A stretch of DNA of 64,000 bases, taken from contig OZ241986.1 in assembly GCA_965204375.1 (NCBI GenBank), positions 3,392,001 through 3,456,000 on the forward strand. The letters run 5' to 3'. Position 1 is the stretch's first letter, and the number at the start of each line of letters is the position of its first letter. The notes below the pieces were generated by a model that saw only the letters and a program-made list of their open reading frames with translations, was not told where the DNA came from and ran no database searches. Both the position numbers and the translations under genes were made by a program. Shown piece by piece: positions 27,661-37,408 of the stretch. The DNA is from Candidatus Latescibacterota bacterium (GTDB taxonomy: Bacteria > Latescibacterota > UBA2968).

Positions 27661-29352
27661 ATGACAAAAGCAGGACTATCCACAGCGCAATCCGTCGATA
27701 GCGCGATCAAAAGCATCTGCGACATCATGCGGCGATCCAACTGCGCGGGCGCAATGCAGTATGTACCAGAACTGACATGGATTTTATTCCTCCGCATCCT
27801 GGACGAGCGCGAAGGACAAGAAGAAATGATGGCGGAAGCTGTCGGACAACACTATATCCCATCATTAGAAGCACCGTATCGCTGGCGCGATTGGGCTGCA
27901 CCAGATGGCGCAAAACGCACAGAACTTCAAGAAGGCACACTGGGTTCATTCTTTACCTTCGTGAACGAAGACCTCCTGTCCCACTTGAAAGAACTGCGGG
28001 ACAAACCCAACGCCACCGCACGGCAAAAAATCATCAGCGAAGTCATGTCTGGCGTTGAAAGGGTTCGCATTGACACCGAGCGCAATATGCTCGATGTGCT
28101 AGACCGCGTCCACGAAATCAAAGACGAATCCATTGACCCAACCCATGTCTTTCCCCTATCGCAAGTCTATGAAGGTCTCTTACTCCGCATGGGCGAAAAA
28201 GGCAACGATGGCGGTCAATTCTTCACACCTCGAGAAGTCGTCCGCGCTTTGATTCGCACAGTCGATCCCAAAATCGGTGAAACCGTGTACGACCCGGCGT
28301 GCGGCACCGGAGGTTTTCTGGCTCAGGCTTATGAGCACATGCATCACAACCTCGGCGCCGACGCCACTCCCGATCAACTCGACATCCTCAAAACACAAAC
28401 GTTCTACGGACGCGAAAAAGAAAATTTGATCTATCCCATCGCCCTTGCCAATCTGGTGCTTCACGACATTGACCAGCCTCACATCTGGCATGGCAACACG
28501 CTCACGGGCAATGAAGAATATGGCGGGCTTTTTCTCCATGCACCACCGCTATTTGACGTAGTGCTGATGAATCCGCCCTTTGGTGGCAAAGAAGGCAAAG
28601 ACGCTCAAACGCAATTTGCTTACAAAACAGGAGCCACACAGGTTCTCTTTTTACAACACATCATAGACAGCCTCACACCAGGCGGACGCTGCGGCATTGT
28701 GCTGGACGAAGGCATTTTATTTCGAACAAACGAAAAAGCCTTTGTACAGACCAAACGTAAACTCGTCGAAGAGTGCAACCTGTGGTGCATTGTGAGCCTG
28801 CCCCCTGGCGTCTTCACATCGGCAGGGGCTGGTGTGAAAACCAATCTGCTCTTCTTCTCAAAAGGTGAACCTACAACAGAAATCTGGTATTACGATCTGT
28901 CAGACGTAAAAGTAACAAAAACGCAACCTCTAACGTCGAAACACTTCGAAGACTTTTTCAAACGGATGCCCAAACGCGAAGAAAGCGAAAAAAGCTGGAC
29001 AGTAGATCTCCCCCAACGCAAAAAAGACGCCCTCAAAGAATCTGCGCCCCTCTATAAACAAGCCGATTCCAAAAGCCGAAAAGCCGATGAAATCAAAGTT
29101 CAATTGATGGCTATGACAAAGGGAATGGATGACGACAAAGTGCTGGAAACGCAGGAAGGAGAACTGCGGCGAGATGCGCGAGAATTGAAGAACCGAGCAC
29201 AGGCAATTGACGACGCAGTTTATGACCTCAAAGCCGTCAACCCCAACAGCATCGTCGAAGAAGACACCCGAACTCCCGAAGACCTGCTCAATATCATCGA
29301 GCAAAAAGGAAGAGAAGTCGCCGAAGCCCTATCGGCACTGCGGGGGCTGTAG
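27661..29352 (+). CDS. hsdM: Type I R-M N6-adenine methyltransferase
   Basis: GQFFTPR, DPACGTGGFL, NPPF. Confidence 0.96.
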   Translation: MTKAGLSTAQSVDSAIKSICDIMRRSNCAGAMQYVPELTWILFLRILDEREGQEEMMAEAVGQHYIPSLEAPYRWRDWAAPDGAKRTELQEGTLGSFFTFVNEDLLSHLKELRDKPNATARQKIISEVMSGVERVRIDTERNMLDVLDRVHEIKDESIDPTHVFPLSQVYEGLLLRMGEKGNDGGQFFTPREVVRALIRTVDPKIGETVYDPACGTGGFLAQAYEHMHHNLGADATPDQLDILKTQTFYGREKENLIYPIALANLVLHDIDQPHIWHGNTLTGNEEYGGLFLHAPPLFDVVLMNPPFGGKEGKDAQTQFAYKTGATQVLFLQHIIDSLTPGGRCGIVLDEGILFRTNEKAFVQTKRKLVEECNLWCIVSLPPGVFTSAGAGVKTNLLFFSKGEPTTEIWYYDLSDVKVTKTQPLTSKHFEDFFKRMPKREESEKSWTVDLPQRKKDALKESAPLYKQADSKSRKADEIKVQLMAMTKGMDDDKVLETQEGELRRDARELKNRAQAIDDAVYDLKAVNPNSIVEEDTRTPEDLLNIIEQKGREVAEALSALRGL

Positions 29353-29354
29353 GC
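29323..29354 (+). repeat. 3' end of hsdM, duplicated at 30766-30796
   Basis: gaagccctatcggcactgcgggggctgtaggc versus gaagccctatcggcgctgcgggactgtaggc. Confidence 0.8.
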
Positions 29355-29366
29355 AAAAACATGTCT

Positions 29367-29423
29367 ATCCGCAGAAAAAACGCGAGTAATTTGAGCGTTT
29401 TACGCAGATAAAAGCAGATGAAC
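29367..29423 (+). repeat. Degenerate ATCCGCAGA-family repeat
   Basis: atccgcaga...acgcagataaaagcagatgaac. Confidence 0.5.
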
Positions 29424-29505
29424 GTTGATTGACTTTCTGTGGTGAGTCTTTTACATTTTCTTGTTAGTTAGAAGAAGTGAAAAAAACATCAACCAGGAGA
29501 TTGTT

Positions 29506-29766
29506 GTGTCATTCATCACAGTAACTCTTGATACTGATCTGGCAGTTCTATTACAGGAACTTAATCAGCCTATTCAAGAAACGGCTCGTGAAATGATTGT
29601 TCTGGAGCTATATCGCCGAGGCAGCATATCCAGTGGCAAAGCGGCTCAATTATTGGACATGTTACGCTGGGAATTTATTCAGCATGCATCTCAATTGGGC
29701 ATTGCTTTCTTTGATCTCAATGCGGAGGAATGGAAACACGAACGACTTCAGGCTGGTGAGCAGTGA
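29506..29766 (+). CDS. UPF0175 family (antitoxin-like) protein
   Basis: 'LELYRRGSISSGKAAQLLDM.RWEFI...LGI'; AGGAG RBS before GTG 29506. Confidence 0.85.
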   Translation: MSFITVTLDTDLAVLLQELNQPIQETAREMIVLELYRRGSISSGKAAQLLDMLRWEFIQHASQLGIAFFDLNAEEWKHERLQAGEQ

Positions 29767-30767
29767 ATAACACGATCAAACCACCGAGATTAAAACCCGG
29801 TGATACTGTGGGAATCGCCTCGCCCGCTGCCTCATTTTTCTCTTTTACTAACAATTGGCTTTCCCGTGCCCAGGCAGCCATTGAAGATCTCGGTTTGAAA
29901 GTTCAAATAGCGAATAATGCACGCCATCAACGCGAACATTTGAATCCAGCCCCCCAATTGCGCGTCAATGATCTTCACGATCTATTTGCTGACCCGGACA
30001 TCAAAGCGTTTTTTTGTCTCTCAGGAGGATCTGGTACCAATGCCCTCCTTCCCCTGCTCGACTGGAATTTGATTGCGCGATCCCCCAAAATCTTGATGGG
30101 ATACAGCGCGAATACAGCCCTGTTACTTGGCATCTACGCACGTCTCAATATGGTCACTTTCCACGGACCAACCCTACTCAACGGTCTCAGCGAATTTCCG
30201 AAACCCTTGAGTTATACACTCGAAAGTATAAAAGAGGTCCTGTTTACACCAACCGCCCCGGGACCATTGGAAGCACCGGAGACCTGGACAGATGATGCGC
30301 CCAGTGAAAACAGCCCGCGCAAAATGAAGAAAAATACTGGTTGGCACTGGCTCAAGGAGGGTAAAGCTCAAGGACCTCTTATAGGTGGCAATCTCCATAC
30401 CCTGCCGATACTGGTTGGCACGCCATTTTGGCCTTCATTTCACGGTAAAATTCTTTATCTGGAAGAAGTCAATATGGGAAACACCGTTCTCATGTATGCC
30501 GAGGAAGCCCTTGCACAATGCCAGCAGATTGGTCTTTTTGAGGAAATTTCTGGTTTGATCGTGGGAAAAATGAACAACCTATCTCAAGACCAGGAAGAGT
30601 TACTTCAATCATTGATTGGTCATTATACATCGGCATTTGATTTTCCCATCCTCACACAAGTAGATATCGGTCATACGAGTCCTCAAATGGTTCTTCCAAA
30701 TGGTATCAAAGCGACGCTTGACTCTGAACAAAATCTCTTTTCCATAGATGAAGCAGCGGTCGTCTGA
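29763..30767 (+). CDS. Peptidase S66 / LD-carboxypeptidase (MccF-like)
   Basis: 'LKPGDTVGIASPA', GYS, 'TFHGP', 'GGNL', LEE, DIGH (Ser-Glu-His triad). Confidence 0.9.
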   Translation: MNNTIKPPRLKPGDTVGIASPAASFFSFTNNWLSRAQAAIEDLGLKVQIANNARHQREHLNPAPQLRVNDLHDLFADPDIKAFFCLSGGSGTNALLPLLDWNLIARSPKILMGYSANTALLLGIYARLNMVTFHGPTLLNGLSEFPKPLSYTLESIKEVLFTPTAPGPLEAPETWTDDAPSENSPRKMKKNTGWHWLKEGKAQGPLIGGNLHTLPILVGTPFWPSFHGKILYLEEVNMGNTVLMYAEEALAQCQQIGLFEEISGLIVGKMNNLSQDQEELLQSLIGHYTSAFDFPILTQVDIGHTSPQMVLPNGIKATLDSEQNLFSIDEAAVV

Positions 30768-30796
30768 AGCCCTATCGGCGCTGCGGGACTGTAGGC
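30766..30796 (+). repeat. Second copy of the hsdM 3'-end repeat
   Basis: See 29323-29354. Confidence 0.8.
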
Positions 30797-30947
30797 TTAA
30801 AAATGGATAAACAATATTGACAAACGAGTTAAAATTTGGGAATTATATGAAGGGTGTGCATAAATCAGTCCCATACGGCAAGTGTGAAATGGCTCGTATA
30901 GACAACCTCTGGCGTCTATCGTAACCATATAGGAAAGGGGGGATCAA

Positions 30948-31454
30948 GTGTACCCATCAATCGCAATTGCAAACTACTTTCTTGATCTTGCGGAAGCTGA
31001 AGACCACTACCTAACACCGCTAAAGCTTCAGAAGCTCGTTTTTATTGCCCACGGATGGCATCTGGCACTCTATGAGGAGCCGCTTATATCGGAGCGTGTA
31101 GAGGCTTGGCGATGGGGTCCGGTCATTAGCCCGGTATATCATGAGTTCAAGTATTATGGGAACACCCCAATCACGGGTCGAGGGGCAATGATTCGCAGGA
31201 TGAGCCAGAATCCTCGCGATATTGTTGAAGATATCCCCGAGGTGGATGCTGATGATATAAAAACCAGAGAATTCCTTGATAAAGTGTGGGAAGTTTACGG
31301 AGGATATACTGGCATACAACTTGCGAACCTGACACATACTAAAAAATCGCCATGGCACCAGGTTTGGTATAAAAAAAATAAAGGTGCTCGGGACAAAGCA
31401 GTAATAGATGACTCCATAATTCAACATTACTATACGAATTCTCCAAACGAGTAA
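30948..31454 (+). CDS. Panacea (SocA/GepA/DUF4065) antitoxin-domain protein
   Basis: 'IANYFL', 'TPLKLQKLVFIAHGW', 'EAWRWGPV', 'LTH..SPW'. Confidence 0.92.
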   Translation: MYPSIAIANYFLDLAEAEDHYLTPLKLQKLVFIAHGWHLALYEEPLISERVEAWRWGPVISPVYHEFKYYGNTPITGRGAMIRRMSQNPRDIVEDIPEVDADDIKTREFLDKVWEVYGGYTGIQLANLTHTKKSPWHQVWYKKNKGARDKAVIDDSIIQHYYTNSPNE

Positions 31455-31457
31455 TAG

Positions 31458-31868
31458 ATGGACGATACTAATGATTCTGCCTTGAGAGTAAACATTAAAC
31501 CGCCATTGCAAGTACCGGCAAAAAATCCCGATCCAGAGACTTCTAAAGCAAACGAAGCTTTAAAAAGAGCATATAACGAATTAGTCAATCGCCAGTTAGA
31601 ACAAGACATTACTGAGCGAAAGAAGTACGCTAATAGAAGTTTCTGGCTCGTCGTCGGATGGATCTTGGCTATCTTGGCCGTAGTTGGACTGCAAGGATTC
31701 TCGGACAAGACAGGATTCAGTATCTCAGACAACGTTCTGATGACATTGATCGGTGGCACGACTATCAATATCCTCGGCATCTTCATCGTTGTCGCGAATT
31801 ACTTGTTTCCCAAGACAAATGTCGCACCACGCGCCTCGGTATTAAATGGAGGAAAGCAGCAGGGTTGA
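31458..31868 (+). CDS. Two-TM membrane protein, putative Panacea partner toxin
   Basis: 3 bp downstream of the Panacea gene; 'QDITERKKYA' followed by two TM helices ending 'YLFP'. Confidence 0.65.
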   Translation: MDDTNDSALRVNIKPPLQVPAKNPDPETSKANEALKRAYNELVNRQLEQDITERKKYANRSFWLVVGWILAILAVVGLQGFSDKTGFSISDNVLMTLIGGTTINILGIFIVVANYLFPKTNVAPRASVLNGGKQQG

Positions 31869-31895
31869 TCCGACACATTTACAAAATCAAAAAAC

Positions 31896-31931
31896 AAAAG
31901 GTCGTGAGGAATAAGTCCTCACGACCTTTTT
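31896..31931. terminator. Bidirectional intrinsic terminator
   Basis: aaaaggtcgtgagga-ataag-tcctcacgaccttttt, between the convergent 2TM gene and tRNA-Glu. Confidence 0.85.
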
Positions 31932-31956
31932 CATATTAAAAAAACAATATATTTTT

Positions 31957-32032
31957 TGGTGACCCCGAGGGGAGTCGAACCCCCGTCTCCAGAGTGAGAG
32001 TCTGGTGTCCTAGGCCACTGAACGACGGGGTC
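31957..32032 (-). tRNA. tRNA-Glu (CTC)
   Basis: Reverse complement GACCCCG...CCAGA-CT-CTC-AC-TCTGG...GGTTCGACTCC...CGGGGTCACCA. Upstream promoter TTGACA-17-TAGGTT at 32081-32053. Confidence 0.96.
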
Positions 32033-32087
32033 ACTCACAACATGATGGCGACAACCTAATAAAGTTCGATACTTTTGTCAAGCCTCC

Positions 32088-33353
32088 CTACTCCATCAGC
32101 GCCTTGTAAACCAGAGGCTGGAAAGGCCGTGTAATATTGCCCGACCCGCGCAACTGGGTCCACACCATAGAAATCATCTCATTTTGTGGATCAATCCAGA
32201 AATGCGTCTTGGCAATACCCGACCAGTAATACGTCCCATTCCTATCCTCCCACGCCGTCTCCGTCTCATCCACAATCACAGAAAAACCGTAGCCAAAACC
32301 ATCGCTCTTGCGCCGGCGATGCCGGTAACGTGCCGTCTCCGGCAGATGATTAGCCGTCATAAGCTGGATCGTCTCCGGCTTCAAAATGCGCGTACCGTAC
32401 AACTCACCCCCATTGAGCAACATCTGGGAAAAACGGAGATAATCCCGGGCCGTACTCACCAACCCGCCACCGCCGGACTCCCGTGCATCGCGCCGCATAT
32501 TGCCCTGACGGTTGCGCGCCCTGAAATTGCCCTCCTCGTCCTTTCCATACAGCGTAGCCATGCGGTCGCGCTTCTCCTCTGGCACGTAAAAACTCGTATC
32601 GACCATCTCTAAAGGCACAAAAATGCGCTCTGAGAAAAACGCGCCCAAAGACATACCAGAAGCCACCTCGACCACGCGACCAAGGATATCAGTCGCCACA
32701 CTGTAGAGCCATCGGGTGCCAGGCTGAAAACGCAAAGGCAATTGAGCCACCTTCTGGGCATATTTGGCATTTGATGTAATCGAATACAGATCCGCAATCC
32801 GATAAAGCGTATCGACCGATGTCTGCCCAAAAATACCATACGTCAAACCAGACGTATGAGACAGCAAATTCGCAATCGTTATCTCGCGCTCGAGCGGTAC
32901 CAGAACAGGATTCTCGGTCCCGCCACCCGTATAGACCTTTGTATCGGCAAATTCGGGAATAAACTTAGACACCGGATCATCCATCTTCAGCTTACCCGCT
33001 TCGTAGAGCATCATAATAGCAACACTGGTAACCGGTTTGGTCATAGAATAAATGCGAAAAAGCGTATCCTCAGTCATCGGCTTATTCGATTCCCTATCGC
33101 GCAAACCCGCAGTCTCGAAATGCACAATCTTGCCCTTTCGGGCGATCAGCGTCAAAACACCTGCAAACTTCCCGGAATCCACGAGCGCTTGCATTGCGGG
33201 TTGGATCTTCGCAAGACGCTCCGCAGAAAACCCCAACTCTGCGGGATCTCCCTGGGGAATTTCAGCAGCAAAAATCGGGTGGAGAGACAGAAAAGCCGTA
33301 AGCAGAGCAAACAAGCTATGTTTTAGAAAACGCGTCATATAAATACGCTCCAT
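32088..33353 (-). CDS. Serine hydrolase, beta-lactamase/class C family, with signal peptide
   Basis: SMTK (SxxK), 'LLSHTSGL', 'PGTRWLYS', 'GGGLVSTARDY'. Confidence 0.93.
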   Translation of the reverse strand: MERIYMTRFLKHSLFALLTAFLSLHPIFAAEIPQGDPAELGFSAERLAKIQPAMQALVDSGKFAGVLTLIARKGKIVHFETAGLRDRESNKPMTEDTLFRIYSMTKPVTSVAIMMLYEAGKLKMDDPVSKFIPEFADTKVYTGGGTENPVLVPLEREITIANLLSHTSGLTYGIFGQTSVDTLYRIADLYSITSNAKYAQKVAQLPLRFQPGTRWLYSVATDILGRVVEVASGMSLGAFFSERIFVPLEMVDTSFYVPEEKRDRMATLYGKDEEGNFRARNRQGNMRRDARESGGGGLVSTARDYLRFSQMLLNGGELYGTRILKPETIQLMTANHLPETARYRHRRRKSDGFGYGFSVIVDETETAWEDRNGTYYWSGIAKTHFWIDPQNEMISMVWTQLRGSGNITRPFQPLVYKALME

Positions 33354-33364
33354 TTTGTATATAA

Positions 33365-33398
33365 AAAAGGGTTACACCGTTGCGATGCAACCCTTTCT
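33365..33398 (-). terminator. Putative terminator after tRNA-Arg
   Basis: aaaagggttacacc...gatgcaaccctt hairpin with a U-tract on the minus strand. Confidence 0.55.
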
Positions 33399-33405
33399 CT
33401 CGATC

Positions 33406-33482
33406 TGGTGCGGACGCCAGGATTCGAACCCGGAACCGTCTGATCCGTAGTCAGGTGCTCTATCCAGTTGAGCTACGTCCGC
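33406..33482 (-). tRNA. tRNA-Arg (ACG)
   Basis: Reverse complement GCGGACGTAGCTCAACTGGATAGAGC...CTGA-CT-ACG-GA-TCAG...GGTTCGAATCC...CGTCCGCACCA. Confidence 0.96.
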
Positions 33483-33685
33483 TAAAATCAGGTACTTAGT
33501 ATATTTGCAATACATCATAACGCCGTAAGGCAGAAAAAGGTATCAAAACTGCCAAATACTGTCAAGCGGAAACGGGCTATTATACCGGATAGCATAAGGC
33601 AATACTATTTTGGGTTGCCCCCAGCGCCAGAATGTATAATCATAGAGCAAAGAGCGAATTAAAAATTAAAACTGAGGAACCACTC

Positions 33686-34843
33686 ATGAACCTTGAAACA
33701 CAATTAATCCACGCAGGAGAAGAAGAAAAAAAATACGAAGGCGCGGTCGCGTTACCCGTATTTCAGAGCGCCACATTTGCATACAGCAGTGAAGACAGTT
33801 ACCACGACATAAAATACCTTCGCCTGAACAACACCCCCAACCACACCGTAGTCCATGAAAAATTGGCACAAATTGCATGTGGAGAAGCCGCAGTAGTCAC
33901 CGCATCGGGCATGGCGGCAATAACCACCGCCCTATTGACCGTACTAAAAAAAGGCGACCACCTCCTCGCACAAAATTGTCTCTACGGCGGAACGCGCGCT
34001 TTTTTGTCTCACGACATCGCCGACTTTGGGATCGACGTCGATTTCGTATCGGGAAACGCCCCAGAAGAATGGAAAAAACTCGTCCGCCCCGAAACACGCG
34101 CCATCTATGTCGAAACCATGAGCAATCCCCTCCTGGAAGTCGCCGACCTCCCATCCGTCGTCGCCTTTGCCCAATCCCATAACCTCATCTCCATGATCGA
34201 CAACACCTTTGCCTCGCCTGTGAACTTTCGCCCCTTAGACATAGGCTTTGACCTCTCCTTACACAGTTGCACAAAATACCTGAACGGACACTCGGACATC
34301 GTAGCCGGCTGCGCGATTGGATCACGCGAACTAATCACCCGCATAACGCACCGTCTGAATGTCATGGGTGGCTGCCTGGACCCACACGCCTGTTTCCTCT
34401 TACTACGCGGTATAAAAACACTCGCCCTGCGCATGGAAAAACAAAACGAAAACGCACACGCACTGGCCTCCTTCCTGGAAAACCACCCATCCGTAATACA
34501 CGTAAATTACCCGGGCTTATCTACCCACCCACAACACAACTGTGCAAAAACACTATTTAAAGGATGCGGCGGCGTATTGAGCTTTGAAATAGTGGGCGAC
34601 AGCCGCGTAGCCGACGCGGTAATCTCGAAACTAAAATTGCCAATCTCCGCGCCCAGCCTGGGCGGCATCGAAACACTCATCACCCGCCCCGTACAAACAT
34701 CGCACTCGGGACTAACCGACGAAGAGCGACGCGACGCGGGAATCTCCGAACGATTGATTCGCGTAGCAGTCGGCATCGAAGCCGCAGAGGACTTATGCGC
34801 GGATTTTGAGCAAGCTCTGAGAGGCGTAGAAGAGGAGAAATAA
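33686..34843 (+). CDS. Cys/Met metabolism PLP enzyme (cystathionine gamma-synthase/lyase family)
   Basis: SGMAAI, DNTFASP, HSCTKYLNGHSD, SLGGIE, 'RVAVGIE'. Confidence 0.93.
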   Translation: MNLETQLIHAGEEEKKYEGAVALPVFQSATFAYSSEDSYHDIKYLRLNNTPNHTVVHEKLAQIACGEAAVVTASGMAAITTALLTVLKKGDHLLAQNCLYGGTRAFLSHDIADFGIDVDFVSGNAPEEWKKLVRPETRAIYVETMSNPLLEVADLPSVVAFAQSHNLISMIDNTFASPVNFRPLDIGFDLSLHSCTKYLNGHSDIVAGCAIGSRELITRITHRLNVMGGCLDPHACFLLLRGIKTLALRMEKQNENAHALASFLENHPSVIHVNYPGLSTHPQHNCAKTLFKGCGGVLSFEIVGDSRVADAVISKLKLPISAPSLGGIETLITRPVQTSHSGLTDEERRDAGISERLIRVAVGIEAAEDLCADFEQALRGVEEEK

Positions 34844-34844
34844 C

Positions 34845-35660
34845 ATGCAAATTAAAATCGGCATGCTAAAAGCCATGCCAAAAAAGTGGGATGTCGAGGA
34901 AAATTGGGCAGTATTTAAAAAACAATTTGCCACACATGGAAAAGATACAGACGTATTCATAACCCCGGAATGTTTCCTGGATGGATACGCTGTAACAGAA
35001 AAAAATTGGACCGCAGAGCGCTTTGCCGAAGTCGCACAGGACGTCGAGCAAAGCGCGTACATCCAACAGACATGCGAAATGGCACGCGCATCGCGCACCC
35101 ATATCGTTTTTGGATACACTGAAAAACGCGCGGGATATTTTTACAATGCCGCTATATTAGTAAACCGCGCGGGAAAAATTGTCGGCACATATTACAAAAC
35201 GCATTTGCAAACGCACGACCACCGCTTTGTACGCGGCGATGACCTGCCCGTATTCGACCTCGACATTGGCACAGTGGGCATGGTAATCTGTGCGGACCGC
35301 CGATGGCCCGAATCGATTCGCACATTGCGGCTCAAAGGCGCGAAAATCTGTCTCATGCCGACCTATGGCATGTGGCATGAAGAAAATGAATGGTGGATGC
35401 GCACGCGATCCTATGAAAATCAGATGTTCGTGTGCTTCGCGCATCCCAACGTAGCCCTGATCACAGACCCGGTCGGCAAGATCGCGGCAAAATTGCAATC
35501 CAACGTACCAGACGTACTAATCCACAAAATCGATCTCAAAGACGCATCGGATGAAAACCATCTGAGCGACCGGCGTCCCGAACTCTACGGCATCATGGGA
35601 AAAACTGACCACTGGTCGCAACAGCCCGAATTTTCATCGCCCACTTACGAAGAGGAATAA
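34845..35660 (+). CDS. Carbon-nitrogen hydrolase (nitrilase family)
   Basis: Triad motifs TPE, YYKTHL, ICAD; C-terminal DRRPELY. Confidence 0.92.
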   Translation: MQIKIGMLKAMPKKWDVEENWAVFKKQFATHGKDTDVFITPECFLDGYAVTEKNWTAERFAEVAQDVEQSAYIQQTCEMARASRTHIVFGYTEKRAGYFYNAAILVNRAGKIVGTYYKTHLQTHDHRFVRGDDLPVFDLDIGTVGMVICADRRWPESIRTLRLKGAKICLMPTYGMWHEENEWWMRTRSYENQMFVCFAHPNVALITDPVGKIAAKLQSNVPDVLIHKIDLKDASDENHLSDRRPELYGIMGKTDHWSQQPEFSSPTYEEE

Positions 35661-35663
35661 ACC

Positions 35664-36713
35664 ATGTATCGCATTGGACTAATTGGCAATCGGGCGCACC
35701 AGAATACCTACGGCCCGATCTGGCATGAACGAGAAGATTGCAAAATCGTCGCAGCAGCCGAACACCACGCGGGTAAAGGCGAGGCACTATCTCAACTATA
35801 CGGCCTTGAGGTCGCGCGAGACTACGACGCGGTCCTGGAAGATCCGAACGTGGATATCGTCTCCATCTGCACGGACTTTTATCTCAAACGCACGTTAATC
35901 TCAAAAGCACTCGCCTGTGGCAAACACGTACTCGTCGATAAAGCCATCGCGCGCACCGTTGTCGAAGCCAGAGAAATAGCCGATACTGTCGCTGGCGCAT
36001 CGAACAAAGTACTGCTGACGTATCCTACGCGGTTTTCACCCACAATGATAAGACTCAAAGAAGCCCTCGACCGGGGCGAATACGGACGTATCTCCGCTTA
36101 TGCTCACAACAGCGTGAAGCAATTCTTTGGCGACCTTATGGCTTATGTAAGCTATCCGACGCCAGCCGTGCAAAATGGTGGAGGTGAATTGATGAATTTG
36201 GGCAGCCATACCGTAGATGCTCTGCTCTGGTTTTTTGGCATGCCCAACAGGGTGAGTTGTCAGATGCAAAATCTCTACTTTGAGGAATACGCGCAATTTG
36301 GCACAGAAGACATCGCCACGCTCTGGTGTGAGTATCCCAATTTCACTGCAACACTCACCGTGGGGCGATCAAAAGCGCGAAGTGAAGACGCCACATTCGA
36401 TTGCGTCAACATCACGGGCGAAGGCGCGTGGGTTCAGGTAGATCGCCTGGGATATTCCGTCAACGGAAAGCTCGTCGATACGCCACCGCCCAGAGCAGCG
36501 GGAATGGCGGCCTGTGTGGCGCATCTCATCGACTGCATCGAACAAGACGCGACACCTGTCACCAGTGCAGAAGAAGGACTATCCATAGCCCTGCTCACAA
36601 CAGCCGCCTATCAAGCCGCACATATAGGCGAACCAGTCACCTTACCCTTGCAAAATGATCAACATCCTTTGATTGAAGCAGAAGATCACGTCGTTAACCG
36701 TTTACTGGATTGA
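35664..36713 (+). CDS. Gfo/Idh/MocA oxidoreductase
   Basis: 'GKHVLVDK', 'GGGELMNLGSH'. Confidence 0.88.
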   Translation: MYRIGLIGNRAHQNTYGPIWHEREDCKIVAAAEHHAGKGEALSQLYGLEVARDYDAVLEDPNVDIVSICTDFYLKRTLISKALACGKHVLVDKAIARTVVEAREIADTVAGASNKVLLTYPTRFSPTMIRLKEALDRGEYGRISAYAHNSVKQFFGDLMAYVSYPTPAVQNGGGELMNLGSHTVDALLWFFGMPNRVSCQMQNLYFEEYAQFGTEDIATLWCEYPNFTATLTVGRSKARSEDATFDCVNITGEGAWVQVDRLGYSVNGKLVDTPPPRAAGMAACVAHLIDCIEQDATPVTSAEEGLSIALLTTAAYQAAHIGEPVTLPLQNDQHPLIEAEDHVVNRLLD

Positions 36714-36726
36714 ATACAGTCTGATA

Positions 36727-37095
36727 TTAAACCTGCACGGCCAGGGGAACAACTTTTGAACGGCGTATAGTGTGATCGCGTGTGAGCAATGGAATATCAT
36801 GCACAACGCTGGTGGCGGCAATGAGTTCGTCCGCAGGATCGCTCTGAAAGTCGAGTTGCGTTGAAGCACGCGCAACGGCAAGATCAATCGGCCACACATG
36901 CAGACGACTCAAGGTGCGAACCACATCCCGATCATCAAGATCCATATCAATACGACCGAGTTGAACGAGCTTAGCCAATTCCCAGAACACAATGGCTGAA
37001 ACAGACCACCTGTTCTGCGACAACAAGGCCTGCTCCGCTGGTCGAAGATTGCCACTGACCGCGAAGATAAGAATATGCGTGTCAAGATTGAGCAT
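36727..37095 (-). CDS. VapC PIN-domain toxin
   Basis: 'LDTHILI', 'SAIVFWEL', 'DPADELIAAT', 'LLTRD'. Confidence 0.92.
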   Translation of the reverse strand: MLNLDTHILIFAVSGNLRPAEQALLSQNRWSVSAIVFWELAKLVQLGRIDMDLDDRDVVRTLSRLHVWPIDLAVARASTQLDFQSDPADELIAATSVVHDIPLLTRDHTIRRSKVVPLAVQV

Positions 37096-37306
37096 CTGCT
37101 TCCCATTGGACGTCGGTCGTAAAGATGTCGCCACGAATTTTGACCTTGTGACGCAAACTGCCGATCAGGTCAGCGCACTGTTGGTCATAAGGTATGACGC
37201 ACGCGACCGGCTTGCCGCGTTTGGTAACGACCAAACCTTCGGCATCCAATTGATCCAACAAGGCCAGACACTGCTCCTTGAACTTTGAGGCTCCAATTGT
37301 TTTCAT
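37082..37306 (-). CDS. Phd/YefM antitoxin
   Basis: 'ASKFKEQCLALLD', 'VTKRGKPVA'; overlaps vapC. Confidence 0.92.
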   Translation of the reverse strand: MKTIGASKFKEQCLALLDQLDAEGLVVTKRGKPVACVIPYDQQCADLIGSLRHKVKIRGDIFTTDVQWEADAQS

Positions 37307-37408
37307 ATCGTGTGCTCCGTTTGAATATAGCATAATATATAACTGGTCATTCTATTTGTCCATTTGAATGTAAACAAATCGTTTTTTATTTTCAATAGGA
37401 GGGACAAG

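Noticed and set aside
19147-32032. Integrative element at tRNA-Glu
   Set aside because: No integrase, and no duplicated tRNA 3' end found near the hsdR side.
32088-33353. Bona fide antibiotic-resistance beta-lactamase
   Set aside because: Motifs fit the broad esterase/serine hydrolase family; activity cannot be inferred from sequence.
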